In this document: in pieces, positions 26,001-38,798 of the stretch
Position numbering within the stretch: the first letter of the stretch is position 1
Layout: every line of letters starts with the position of its first letter
Source: Protoeuglena noctilucae
Lineage: Eukaryota
Direction: 5' to 3'
Assembly: GCA_958009085.1 (NCBI GenBank)
Contig: OY253671.1
Span: forward strand, 620,001 to 684,000
Length of the DNA stretch: 64,000 bases
The notes under the pieces: model-generated
Told to the model about the DNA's origin: nothing
Seen by the model: the letters and a program-made list of their open reading frames with translations, nothing else
Database searches by the model: none
Position numbers and translations under genes: made by a program

Positions 26001-26654
26001 GCCTCAACAGCGGGCGGCTGTACGCCCAGGCGACCGCCATGTGCCGCGAGTACAAGACGCCGGTGCTGCTGATCGAGTTCGATGCCGGGAGCGCCTTCGC
26101 CCTGCAGTCACCGGACGACCTGGGCTCGGAGATCGATCCCACGTCGATATGCTCCAAGCTCTCGCTCCTGTGCCTCCACCACCCCCAGCTCCGCTTGCTG
26201 TGGAGCCGCTCCATGCACCACACGGCCGCGATGTTCCGGGACCTCAAGGCGAACCAGGAAGAGCCCGATGCGACGGCGGCCGCCAAGGTCGGTGTGGCTG
26301 CAGAGCAGGATGAGGAGGACGGGCAGGGCGGTGCAGAGACGTTCAACCAGGCGGCCGTGGCGGTGCTGAAGACGCTGCCGGGCGTGACTGAGGTAAGGAA
26401 GCGCAATTTAGATGGGAATACAGGATGCTTGACGCTCGTGTCACCCCCAGGCAGGCTGCGGAACGGCGCTCGCACTGCGCATGCACGGCCCGGACTCTCG
26501 TACGCAGGTGGGCGCGCGTGCTCTAATGCGGCGCTGCGAGACGCTCGCTGGCGTCGCGGATCTCAGCGAGGCAGAGCCGACCGCATGCCTGGGTGGCGAG
26601 AGGGCTGCCAAGGCACTTTGTGAGTTCCTCAGCGCTGCGTGCCCCGTCCCATGA
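23025..26654 (+). CDS. XPF: DNA repair endonuclease XPF (ERCC4/RAD1/UVH1)
   Basis: VTYRILVVDLL, LLVWPRF, LEEPPKW, nuclease motifs VVVDTREF...LEVGDYVLSPEIVVERK...SLNSGRL, and C-terminal HhH (LPGV). Confidence 0.96.
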
Positions 26655-26848
26655 GCACAGGCCCATGAGCCCAGGCTTCTCTTGCGTTTCTTTTCCTATA
26701 TCAACAGCGTAGGCTCTCACGATTACGCGTCTGCATGGCATGTGGCGTCGATATTGTCACTTTCGAGAGGATAAGTGCTTGCAGCACGTATTGCTTTTTG
26801 CTTGCTAAGCACGTTCAACATGTCACGCCCTTCTGAACCAAACCCGCG

Positions 26849-28148
26849 TCAGCTCAGGTCGACGGATCCCGCGAAGACGCGCTGGGCGGGCCCCGTCATG
26901 TAGATGCGGTTGTCCTTCTCCTCCCACCGAATCATCAGCGGCCCGCCTGGCAAGTCGACGCGGCACTCCCGGTTCAAGCGGCCCTCCAGGACCCCGGCCA
27001 CGACCGTGGCGCACGCGCCCGTGCCGCACGCCAGCGTCGCGCCGGCCCCGCGCTCCCATACCCGCATCTTGACGTGCGAGCGGGACAGCACCTGCACGAA
27101 CTCGGTGTTGGTCCTGGCGGGGAACACCGTGTTGCGCTCGAACAGCGGGCCCACGGCCGCCAGGTCCAGAGCGTCCACGTCAGCGATGTCGCTGCCGTCC
27201 CGCGAGTACACCAGGGCGTGCGGGTTGCCCATCGACACGGCCGTGACCGTCCACACGGACCCCGCCACCTCCAGCTTCTGACGGATGACCCGGTCCCCGT
27301 CGGTGGGTGCCAGCGTCGTCGGCACCCGCTGCGGTCGACGGGGGAGGACGGACAGGCGTCGGCCAGCGCAGCACAGGATTGGCAGGCAAGCTTATGTGCC
27401 ACTTCGTCAGCAGGCGAGCTTGCGTCCCGGGACTCGCCTGCCCCGCGAGGATGGGCTCCCCCATGTCGACGCAGACCTGCCCGTCTTGCATCAGCTCGGG
27501 GACGATCAGACCCGCGAGCGTGTGCACCTTGTGCTTGCCGGTCGGGGTGCCATCCACGTCGGCCACGAAGCGCGCCAGGCACCGGATCCCGTTGCCGCAC
27601 ATCTCGGGCTCCGAGCCATCCGAGTTGAAAATCCGCATCGAATAGCCGGTGTCGCCCACCGCAGGCAACGCGAAGATGACGCCGTCGCCCCCACTGCGAG
27701 CGTGGGGACCCGTTGCGCATTCTGAGCGCGAGAAGCCGCGACCTCATGCTGCCGCGGCGCGCCTGCTAGCAAAGCCCGTCGATACCAGCGGAAGCCCTGC
27801 CACCGTGGCCCTCACATGCCGAAGTTGCGGTCGCAAAGCTTGACGGCCTGCTCCGGAGTGATGATGGGCTCGGTCTGGTGACGGTTGTCGACCAGGATGA
27901 AGTCATTCCCAAGGCCCTGGTACTTGGTAAATGTCACGGCCGCCTGCGGGCGAAGCAGTCGGCACAAACTCGCCCCGGAGAGACGGGCCGAGGCACATCC
28001 AGTCCCCCGCGTCGCAGATTGCCCCGGGAAGCAGCAGCGCGGCATCACGACCATTTGTGCGTGTCACCTGTGCCTGGACACGCCGATGCGCCCGCATCTG
28101 TCGCAGCCCCAGCCGGGGCGCGGCCGTCACTGCCGATGCACTGGCCAT
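26849..28148 (-). CDS. dapF: Diaminopimelate epimerase, plastid-targeted
   Basis: Transit peptide, [44 protein letters not shown] (both catalytic Cys present). Confidence 0.97.
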
Positions 28149-28467
28149 GCTACCCACCAGCGCCAGCTACAGGCGTCCACGCGACAGCACAGCTTTACAA
28201 TTCTGTAAGGCTTTCTGGGCAAGTGTGCCGATCCTCGAATGGGAGGTCCCGCAGTTCCACTGGCGCAGAAACCCGCCGTTTCAGGGCCAGAAGGGTCACC
28301 AGCTGGAGCTGACAAGCAGAGATCCACCTTTCCGTCTCTGCTTTTGCCGGAGAGACGCAGCAGTCTGCCGTTTCCGCGTAGCCTTTGGGTGGACATGGCA
28401 CGCTGCTGCTCTTGACGATCTGCCTCTCACGCACGGCTCCCAGCCATCGATCTCGTGCGCGCCAGTC

Positions 28468-31400
28468 ATGCAGGGGGTCCCTACCCAGCCGCCTTACGCT
28501 CCGGCGGGGGGCGCGTATCACGGGCTGCCCCCGCCCGGCGAGGCGCCTCCCCGCGAGGACGTGCAGGCCTACACAGCATGGTATTGGCACTTCATGGACT
28601 ACTATTACCCCCAGGAGGTGATTTGCTGATTTAATGGCTCGCAGGAGGTATTCTGCTGCCCCCGATCACTCCCCGCCGCCTGCCTAGGCCTCTTGATTTT
28701 TGATCCCTCGACGATGCGTGAGCGCGCGCGTGGGCTGTGGCGCCGCCTTCTACCTGTGACGCGGGTGCAAAGACTGCGTATTCGCCCACGCTTCGCCCGC
28801 GACATCAGGGCCTATCTCCGCTCGTGCAGGCAGCGCGGATGCGGCAGGCGATGGTTCAGCCCGCGTACGGCGCTCCAGGGTACTTTGGGGCCCCTGCCCC
28901 GTCGTACTACCCAGGATATCCTCCCGGACAGGCAGACTTTGGTCGGCCCCCTCCAGGGGCGCCCGGGCCCCTCTCCCAGCCCAGCACGCCTGGGACACCT
29001 GCCCCCGCTCCCCCTCCTGGGCCGCCCCCTGCGCCCGCCGGCCCAGCGCCGACTTCCTTAGCCCCCCGTCCCAACGGCGTCGTTTCCCGGCAGGGCCAGA
29101 CGCAGTGGCAGGAGGCGACGGTGTCGAGGCCGAACCCGTCCTCCAAGGGCGGCCAGTGGGCGTGGGCCAAGTCGGTGAGCCTCGCCGTCCTGACACAGAC
29201 GCGCCATTGACCGTACTCCTTGCGTTCACGAGCCACATTCCGACTTTCGCGCTTCCCGCAGGCCCCCGCTTCGTCCTCCGCATCTCCAGCGTCCGCATCC
29301 GCATCCGACCCCGCGCAGGCCGTGCGAGCCGCCGCGGAGGCAGCTGCTCGGCGTATAGGCATCTCCATGGGCCAGCCTAGCGGGCTCCCCACGCACGTAC
29401 GGCCACAGATCCCGGCGTCCCAGTCGGCAGCACCTGCGTACACCGCAGTGGGTGCGTCCGCGCTGAGCCAGGGCCAGCCGTCGCCTTCCGAGTTCCCGCC
29501 AGCGATAAAAAACTGGGTGCGGAGGTCTTTCGCGGCCGCGGAGAAGCTGGGGACGGCAGAGATGGCGCGGATGCAGCACGCGCTGAAGACGGTCATCACG
29601 GGCGCTCAGAAGCGCGGGGAGGTGTGGCAGATCGACTGGGATATGCAGGTGAGAGCGGCAGACGCCCGGCGCGCGTGTCGCGGATCCCCGTTGCCACTGC
29701 TGGCCCGTCACGCTCCGCGCCCTGCCCCCCGCTGCAGCCCATCCCTCTGATATCCGAGCAGCAGGCGCCCCAGCCACAGCAGCGGGTCTATTTCGAGCAG
29801 CATTCGCGAGAAACGTCCCTGGGAGAGGCGGGCACACCCCGGGGAGGCGTCCGGCGCGTCAGGTGAGCGACGATGGGAGTGGACAGTCGCGTGCTCTGCG
29901 CGCTGCTTCGCGGCCCATGGCGCCTATCAGCCGCGACAAGCGGCAGCGGTTGCTCGACCTCTTGCGATCGCCACAATGGCCTAAGTGCTTGCGTCGCAGC
30001 GAGTCCCCGTAACGATGGGTTGCCATCTTGCGCGCTCCCACTGCGCACCCCCGCGTCCCACTCCCCTCATCCGTCGGCACTCGCAGGGAAGAACCGTGGT
30101 CGGACGATGACAGCCCGGCTGTAGAACGGCAGGCGAAGCGCCAGGCGCGGTTTGGGGAGCCCATCAACTTAACTATGCAGTCCAACAAGGGCAAGGGCAA
30201 GGGCAAGAAGAACAAAGGCCAGAAGGCAAAGACGCTCGTGTTAGGTCCTCCCGTGGCGATGGACGACCTCCCGCGGTGGCACGACGCTGCTCCGGATGCC
30301 CCGCCCCGCGTCCGCGTGGTGGGCACGTGCACGGCCCTCGAGAAGTCCTACTTCCGACTCGTGGACACGCCGGACCCGTCCACGGTCCGGCCACCCGCTG
30401 TCCTCGCCCAGGTGAGCATGGCTAAGCGTGTGCTACCGTCAGGGCACTAGGGTCGACGAGCTCGCTGAGTCCCTGCGATGCCGCTTCCTGGACATGCGTT
30501 CCCTGCCTGCCCGCGTGACGCTGGCGCGGCCGCTTGCGCCAGGCTCTGTCAGCAGTGACAAAAGTGTCACTGGCACGTGGCGTGACGCCGACCCCGCCCT
30601 TGCGCTTCCAGGCCCTGGCGCGCCTGCAGCGGCGGCTGGACGCCGGCGAGGTGGACTACTTCTACGCCTGCGATCAGTTTAAGGCAATGCGGCAGGACGC
30701 GCAGGTTCAGAACGTGCGGTCGGAGCTGACGGCGCGCATCTACGAGTGCCACGGCCGCGCCGCCCTCGATTACGGCGACATGGGGGAGTTCAACCAGTGC
30801 CAGACGCAGCTGGCAGCGCTTTACGCGGAGGGCGTTCCGGGCAGCACCGCGGAGTTCACCGCCTACCGCATCCTCTACGCCAGCCTGCACAGGGACAAGG
30901 AGGGGTACGCCCTCCTCAGGTGCGCGGCCGGTGCTCTGCAGACACCGCCGCTCCCTGGGCTCTCCGTGCGGCGCGACCGAAAGGGTGTGGCAGCCTCGCG
31001 ACTTGTGTAACCGCCCAGCACTTGAAGGTCTCAACCACGGCCCCCGCCCCACCCGCAGGCTCCTGAAGTCCGTGCTGTCTTCGCCGCTGGCAAGTGACGC
31101 GGGCATCCAGTGGTGCCTGCGCGCCCGCCAGGCCATCTTCCAGAACGGCTACCGCGCCCTCTTTCGGCTCTTAAAGACCGCGCCCTGGAAGTGCGCCAAG
31201 CTGCTGTCGGTGCGGGTGGAGCAACTTCGCGTCGACGCGCTCCGGGCCATGTGCGCGTGCTACCGGCCTCACATATCCGCGGCGTTCGTCGCCACCCAAC
31301 TGGGCTTCGCCCCAGAGGCGCGGGGGGATGCGGGGGCTGAGAAGGCATGTGTCGCCTTCTTGTCCACGCACGGCGGCATCGTCAGGCGAGTCGCGGCGCA

Positions 31401-31679
31401 ATGGTCTCACTCAGCCACCGCGGCGTGCAATCGCCCCTTCAGGCTCATGTGTGCGGCCGGGGTCGAGAGCAGTGCGCTGTGCTGGCCGTCTCCGCTGCGC
31501 GTCGTTACATCGCCGGCTCCGTCCTCGCTCGCAGGGCCGTCAAGGAGGGCGGTGCGGAGGTCCCGGCGCTCGACACGCGGGCCTCCCAGGGCAAGCTCTT
31601 CATCCCCAAACGCGACATGGTCTCCCACGGCGACGCCAACCTCCAGATCGACGCCTTCCTCGCCGCCATCCCCGGCTGA
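28468..31679 (+). CDS. SAC3/GANP/THP3-family protein (LENG8/SAC3A-like)
   Basis: [15 protein letters not shown]...[49 protein letters not shown]-terminal HGDANL. Confidence 0.92.
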
Positions 31680-32797
31680 GGACCGGGACCACCCACGCGT
31701 CAAGACAGGCACGCGCGGCTCCCGTGGCGATGCGGCTGGCGAGGCGCAGCATGCGGCCATCGCTTTGCTGCCACAAGACGCGTCGATTGTCGTCGGCGTT
31801 GCTCGCCCGCCACGTCGGGAGCCCCGGCGACCGCGAGGAGTCGAGCTTCGTGTTCCTCTTCGGGACTCTGTTTTCTGCATATCCCCTGGTCCCAACTCGG
31901 CCACCCCACTGCGTACGCTCAGCGGCACTCGGTGCCCTCTCGCCAGCTGCGGCTCTCTGTTCCTCTCATGCCATGCCGGGTCTAGTTTGGGGCGCGTTGG
32001 GCTACGTCAGGCGATCATCTGCGGGGTGTGCGTGGGGACTGCCGTACGTGGGGTCGTCTTGGGTTGCGTCGGTCGCCTTTGGCGGCGTTGGGCATCCGTT
32101 GTGGTCGGGTGCTGCGCGGCGTTTGCGGAGAGTCCGACACCATGTCGCAGGGAGAGTCACAGTCGCTCATTTCAGGAAAGCGTCCGCCCCTCCCAAGGTC
32201 TACTGCGCGCCATTGTCACACGTCGTCTGGGCGGGTGGGTCCGGTACTCCTGTCAAGCACGCCTGCGCACGTGGCTACCGCACCGGGGGCTGGCGACCGC
32301 ATTGGTTCGTTTTCTGGGCCGCGCCCGAGTGTATCCCCGCGCCTGGGGTGGGAGGGGTGACGAGGTAAGTGCAGGTGAGTGTCCAAGTGTTCAAGTTGAG
32401 ACCATCGAGACATGGTCAACCGGGGCGTCTGTGCAAGGCCCTCTCGTCGACGGCTTCGGGCGATTAAGAACGCGGGCGAGCTCGAAGTGGGCGTCCGAGG
32501 CTCGTCGTGCGGGTCGGAGTCCGTCGGGTGGGGCCGTGGGCCGAGGCAGCGGTGCGTCTTCATCAACCATGTCAAGGGGGGGGAGCTCAACCCATGGGAG
32601 ACTCGTTCGATGTTCCCAAGAGACTTTGTTCGCGAGATATCCATTTGAGAGCTCTAGGGGCGCAGCGTCACTTCCCATTGCTAAGCCGGTCGCACCGCCA
32701 TCACGTGACCCAAGCGTGGCGGGCGCAGCGCAGGCGCTTGAAGCAAACTTCTCGGCCATTTCGTCACAGAATCCATTTCTTGGAACCACCCTGACTC

Positions 32798-35700
32798 TCA
32801 CGGCGTCCGGTCCCTTTCCAGGTCGTCCATGCTTTCCTCGAAAAGGGCGTCGACCAAAGACTCCCCGCTCATTTTGTGCTGCAGCTCGGCAGCGCCCTCC
32901 CCGCACTCCTCCGCCTCCGCCCGCCCGCGCGCCGGACCACCCGGCAGCAAGGTCGCCCCGGGCATGGCCCTCGCCGCCCCTGCCGCCCCCGCGCTCGCAT
33001 CGGCGCGAGTGCCGTCATCACGCGGCGACCCTTCCTCCGCCTCCTTCCTCTTGTTCTTCTCCTTCGCCATTCTGCGAATCGCCGCCACCACTTCCTTCAC
33101 TGCGCCCACCACCTGCGCCCGCTTCGCCTCCTCCTGGAATTTGGCTTGGCCGCCCTGACTCAGCTGCCGCATGATCTCGGTGCCCTCCTCCTTGAGGAGC
33201 ATCGCGTTCAGCTTCCTGCGAAGGTCGCAGACGGGAGCGAGTGCGACGAAGCCGTCGGCGGTAAGATCAGCGCCACCAGTTGCATGGTACCGCTGGTGTC
33301 GTAGAGCGTGTGTGAGGGAGACGGTCTGTAATGGTGCAGTCCTGGCGCCTGGACCCTCACCTGCGTCCCTTCTCCTTCAGTCGGTGCATGCAGAGCGTGA
33401 CGTGGATCTGACCCTTCTCCTTGAGCAAAATCCTTGCCAGGACCTGTCCCATGTCCTCTGACACCCCGTGGTGTGCCGCACACAGCGCCTGCGAGCATCA
33501 AACGCCGCGCCAAGGCGGGTGCGCTGCCGACTCGCAGCGTTTGCAAGCATGCGCATGCTTTCTGCATAAGCGTAGGCTCACCCTGGTGATGCCCTCCTGA
33601 CCCACGAAGCCGTCGTCGTCTGCCTCCGCGACCATCGAAGACTCCACTGCCTGGTAGTACTGGACACTCTCGAAGAGGTACTGGTCCCTGCGATGAATCA
33701 AGACACACAGTCCAGGTGAAACCAGCCTGGGACCACGCCTGCACGTCAGGGACCGCACCCACACAGCACGTTGCCCCAGCACATTGCACCACGGCGTCAT
33801 CCCATGCGGCGCTCACCGGACGGCCTCCGCGAAGTGACCCTGGTTGAAGTTCTCATCTTCGGCGAACAGGATCTCCGGATCAACCACGGTGGGGCCGGGG
33901 ACGTCCGCAGCCAGGCCCTCGACGACCTCGGCAAAGTTGTCGACATCCTTCCCGCCCGGCTGCCCCACTCGGAAAAAGACCTCCAGCGCGGCGACGACCT
34001 CGGCCTTGGGCACGCCGCCGCTGCGGCCCCGCAGGAGGGTGCGCAGCAGCCTCTCGATGTCGGCCTGCAGTGCCTTCTGCTCCTCGTGCACGCACTCGAC
34101 CACCTCGCCTGCGGGTGGGGTGCCAGGTTAGTTGGGGATGCGTCAGTGACAGTAACCGGGACTATTGACAAGAATGGTCCCGTCAAATCGAGTCGCAGAG
34201 CTCCGGACGGCCAGGCTGGCAAGGCACGACAGCGTGCGCGACTCGGCGTGCACGCGTGGCTCTGGCATGCCTCACCCGTCAGGATCTTGAGGAAGAGCTC
34301 GCAGTCAGCGTCGAACTGGAAGCGCCAGAGTCCGAACAGGAAGGAGTAGCCAGCCTCCACCACCTGCTGCAGCCCTCCCAGCTTGGCCTGCAGGTAGTGG
34401 TACGTCGCATCCGCCAGGGACGGCGGGGACCCCTTGGAGGCCTCCGCCAGCCTCGTACGCAGCTGCCAGATCTCCTTCGTTATCCTCTCCGTCTGCGGAG
34501 CGCAGGAGGGAGCGCCGTCGCACCCACAGGTCGGTTGCAAGGCACGACGTGGGCACACTGCCCAGGGCCTCGGGGGTGCTCGCAGGCAGCGTTGCGGGCC
34601 AAAACACGTCGATGGCAGCCAAGCGGTGGTGCGTGTCGACTCGCCTGTGCCTTGCTGAACCCCTTGTTTTTGATCTTGGCGTTGGTGCGGAGGAAGCGCG
34701 GGACGTGGGCGCCTGAGCCGATGCCTGGCAAGACGTCGACAGCGGCCGACTTGTTCCCAGACGTCATCTGCAGCATCATCACAGAGCGGAGTGTCCCATG
34801 AGCCATTGCGTGAGCTCGTCTTCGTGCCAACTCCAGCTGCCCCCAACGGTGCTTGGCACGAGATGCGTGTTCATACCTGGTCCAGCTTCGCGACAAATCG
34901 CAGGACGGCGTCCTTCTTCTCCATCTCCGCGCGCTCCTTGCGATTCTTCGCCTCCAGCAGCATCCGGGCCTTGAAGTCCTCCAGCACCTGCAGCTTGGCC
35001 CCTGCATAGCCAAGGAAGCGACAGCTGTCAGCCGCAGGGGTCCATAGTGTCTCTCTGGGTGTGTTCCCAGACATATGCTTGTGGTAGTAGGGTACCGCAT
35101 GCATAGCGAGGGGCGCCGGGGCACAGCAAGCGAGTCCCAGCATACCGCAAACACCGCATGTGGTGTTGGCGGGCAGCCGAGCACGGCAGAGCTCACGTGT
35201 GTCATCAAGGGTGCCCTCGAGCTCCGCGATCCTCTTTTTGAGCTCCCGCTGCCGCCTCGTCCCGGCCTCCACCCTCTGCACAGTGGAGATGCGGGCCCCT
35301 TCGATGGCGGCCATGCAGTCAGCGGCATTGAGGGAGGACCCAGCCAAGCGGCCGAAGTGGTCGGCGGGCAGCGAGAAGCCCTCTCGCGTGGCCCCGGCCA
35401 GGATATCTACCAGGGACTCGGGCACGCGCCCTGCTGCACGGCAGAGAGGCAGGCGGCGGCCCGGTCCGCGACACCCAACAGCGACTCGAGCGCAGCGGCG
35501 TCGCCGGACTGGAGGGCGCGGACCAGCTCATCCCTCGCGCCGCTCTTGCCGGAGTGGCGCAGCTGCCCGGCAAGGGCTCTGCGGGTCGCGAGGGGACGGT
35601 GTTGGTGCTTGTGACGCTGCCAAGCACGCATGTGGGCTGCAGCCACCCTTTGGATAGTTGGTGGCTGCAGCCGTTCAGCCCTCACCCGAGGCAGTCGCGG

Positions 35701-38405
35701 GCCAAGGCCGTGACGTCCACGCCGTTCCTGCACGTCCCCAGCAGCATGCGCGACATGACGTCCGTGGGGTGCTCGCGGCACTGAAGGGTGGCGTCCCGTA
35801 TGGGCGCGGCGTGCTCCTCTGCCACGCGGCCCTCCTCCTCGAAAGCATCCAACGACTGCGAGATGACAAGTCCAACAGATTGTTCTGGGTGATCTCACAG
35901 TCGGCATCTGTGCAATGCGAGGACGCATTGCGTGTGCCGCACGGCCGACGCACCGGACGTGGGGTCAGCTGCTCCACGGCCTCCCTCAGCCGCACGTTGT
36001 CCTCTCCGAAAGCCTCCAGGCGCATCACGAGCTCCGACTTGTGCTCCAGCTCTTGCTCCAGGCGGGCGACGCGCGCCAGGGCCGTCTTCAAGTGCCTGAG
36101 GCAAGGAGGCGAGAGACATGCTTTCAACTGGAAAGAGTGCGTGCTGTCAGCTGGTTGCTGATTGAATGGGACTCCGTTCTGCCCGATCTCCGCTGCACAG
36201 CACAGCGCCGCACAGCACAGCAGAGCGCGTCATGACGCGGCCCTCACCCCTCGCTGTCCATCAGGCGAGCCCGGAGTGCCGCGACGCGTGACTCGTGTTC
36301 CATCAGCGGGATGGACTCCTCGGTGGTCGTGGACACGGCAGAGTTGACGCTCGTGGCCTGCTGGAACATCCGACGGTCACCCGCCCGGAACGAGAAGTTG
36401 CCAAAGTGCCTGGGGAAGATGGACAGGAGGATACGAAAACAGGAGATGGTAAGGGGAGGGCTGTGACAAAGGTGCTACCTCCTTAAGACTCGTCACATGG
36501 TGTGACATGGGACTGTGGTGCGCAGACTGGTTGGAGTCGTGGCTCTCACCTGAGCGCGTCACCCCGTGCCATCGTGACTGCCTTGGCCATGGACATGGGC
36601 CCGACGCTAGCTTCGTCGCCGCGGCCGAAGGAGTACTCGAGGGGGGCGAAGTGGTGGAGGCCGCGGGGCACAGTCCGGGCCATACGGGTCAACGCCAGCG
36701 GGTGGAGGCTGGAGAAGGACTCCGGGAGAGCTGCGGGGTGGGCCAAAGTTTCAAGTCGTCAGCACTCGCCCATCTCCATGCTATTACAGACAACGCGAAG
36801 GACTGAGGGCAGGTGAGCCATGGAATGGACTCACATGGGAAGGGCCCGGGGTTGGCCTCGTCGCCCTCTGCCTCCTCGCCGTTAGCCGCAGCGGACTGGA
36901 ACGGCATCGGGATGTCGGCGTTGAAGGGCACGAACTCCTCCCCGGTCTCATCCACTTCGGCTTCTGCACCCTCGCCCCCTTGCCCCGGGTGCCGGCGGTG
37001 GCGGCCCCGCCCGCGCCGTCTCTGGCTCATGAGGTCGCACCTACGTGGAGAACGCGACAAGTTTGTTACATGCGAGGGTCATTCGACAGGTCTCGGGGTC
37101 ACGTGCCACGACTTGAGGCCACAGCACGTCTCACTTGAGGCGGTCCATGAGGCCGTGCCACCGCTCGTTCTGACGCTCCAGGTACTCCACGGCCTGACCG
37201 AGGGCCACGAGCTTGGCCTCGGCTCGCCCGTGAAGCGTGGCCATGGCTTTCAGAGCCCAGAGAAAGACGGCGTTCATGCCCGCGCACACCTGGGGGGTCA
37301 CGATGTGCGACACGTTGCACATGCATGTTGCACCTCGTGTCGCAGAGCACCTGTGGCAGCTGACGAGCGTTCTCTCGCGCACGCCAGTGTCACTTGCCTT
37401 GCCGAGGAGGTCGCCTCGCTGCTGGCAGCCCGTGGCCACCTGCCGGGCCAACTCCGCATGGCAGGTCGCGTAAATGTGGAGCCCTTGCTCCGCCACGGTG
37501 GCAACGTCCTCGACCTCCTCGGGTGCCACGGACAGCGACGCGGTGTTGAAGGCATCCACCTGGCTCTGCAGCCACCGCTCTGCAAAGGCAACGGAGAGCC
37601 GAGAGCGGGGCTTCTGTGATTGTCCCAAGGGAGCCAAGAGCCGTTAAGATTCAATATCCTCATCGCTTCTGCCACTCACCGAGAGCAGTGACGCCGTCCC
37701 TGGTCGGAGGGAGGCGCTTGGCAGCCGAGGCGGCTCGGGAGGCGAGCGCCCGACTACTCATGCCCCGCGCCCCAGTCCCCACGGGTGTGATGTGGTGATC
37801 GAGCCACCAATCCACAAAGTCCCCCAAATGCACCCCGTGGCCCTTATCCTTGACAGCCCAGGCGGGCATCGGGGCATTGGCCACCGACCTGGCTCCAGCC
37901 ACCTTCTCACGCTGGCCCTGAGGGGTCGCCGGCGCGGTGCAGGCCGAACTGCCTGGAAACGTGCTCGCCACGCTCCTCAGCTGGGCCGTGTCGTTGACCT
38001 TGCGGAACAACTCCTGGAGCTGGGAGGGCCTTGGCGGGACCACGCGAATGAAGGCGTCCTGCCCCTTCGCAGCCGCGTCACTGGCGTCGGGCTTGAAGGC
38101 CATGTGAGCTTTGGCTGGCTCGTTGATGGGCTCCAGGAACTTCAGACCCCGCCGTGGCTGCTGCACCTGTCCAAAAAGGCAGGGCGCAAACGGTCACACA
38201 TGACCAAGCTCAAAGCGCCTGGGGAGCTCGCCCCCGGGCCCCTTGCGGCATTCACCTTCTCGGAAGTTCCCTTTAGCGCTGCTTTCAGCGTGCGGACCTG
38301 GCCGCCATCGCCTTGCGTGCTCGCGTGGGCCGAAAGGCTGGAGGTCAGCTGGACGGCCCCGATGCGTTCCAGCTGGCGCTGCAGCTGGCTTTCCGGATGC
38401 ACCAT
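32798..38405 (-). CDS. Large coiled-coil flagellar-type protein: N-terminal axonemal dynein light chain-like domain plus TSNAXIP1-like C-terminal region, about 17 exons
   Basis: ELARQVATGCQQRGDLL in the N-terminal part. LTPRP, GIGSGAHVPRFLR, TERITKEIW, DADCELFLKILTGE and LFAEDENFNQGHFAE in the C-terminal part. The exons checked at the domain junction join in compatible phase. Confidence 0.72.
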
Positions 38406-38798
38406 GGCACTCTTTGCGGCAATATTAGCGTAAGATACTAGGAATGCGGCCGTTAAGCCACTCTACGGCGACCTGCGCCCGAACAAAGCCCGAACCGACA
38501 CGCTCCGCTTCGCGTCCAACGGGTGGGTGATGGCGTTCAGCGAGCTGCCTTCTTCGACGTACAGCCAAAATACGTGCATGGGAATGATGCAAGGTGGGCA
38601 ACGTAGCTCAGAGTCGCGGGCTCGAGCAAGGAACACCTCTCGGTCCTGAGCGTCGTTCTGGACGACCCAGCAGGCACCCGTCGGCAATACTCAGCAGCTA
38701 TACTGAACGGCCTTCAATCGTGGCGCCCGCAAAGAGGCCCAGCGCGTCTGCCAGATGCCAGGATGCCAGTGCCTCGCAGGCACTGCGTGCTTGTCCGC

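Noticed and set aside
3025..28148. Possible peptidoglycan cluster: LysM protein, AmpG-related MFS permease and DapF
   Set aside because: The permease has eukaryotic SLC33A1 motifs, DapF is the ordinary plastid lysine pathway enzyme, and unrelated genes separate them.
36090..36410. Two consecutive exons both starting GCACTT (possible exon duplication or mutually exclusive exons)
   Set aside because: The similarity stops after 6 nt, and both exons fit in series in frame.
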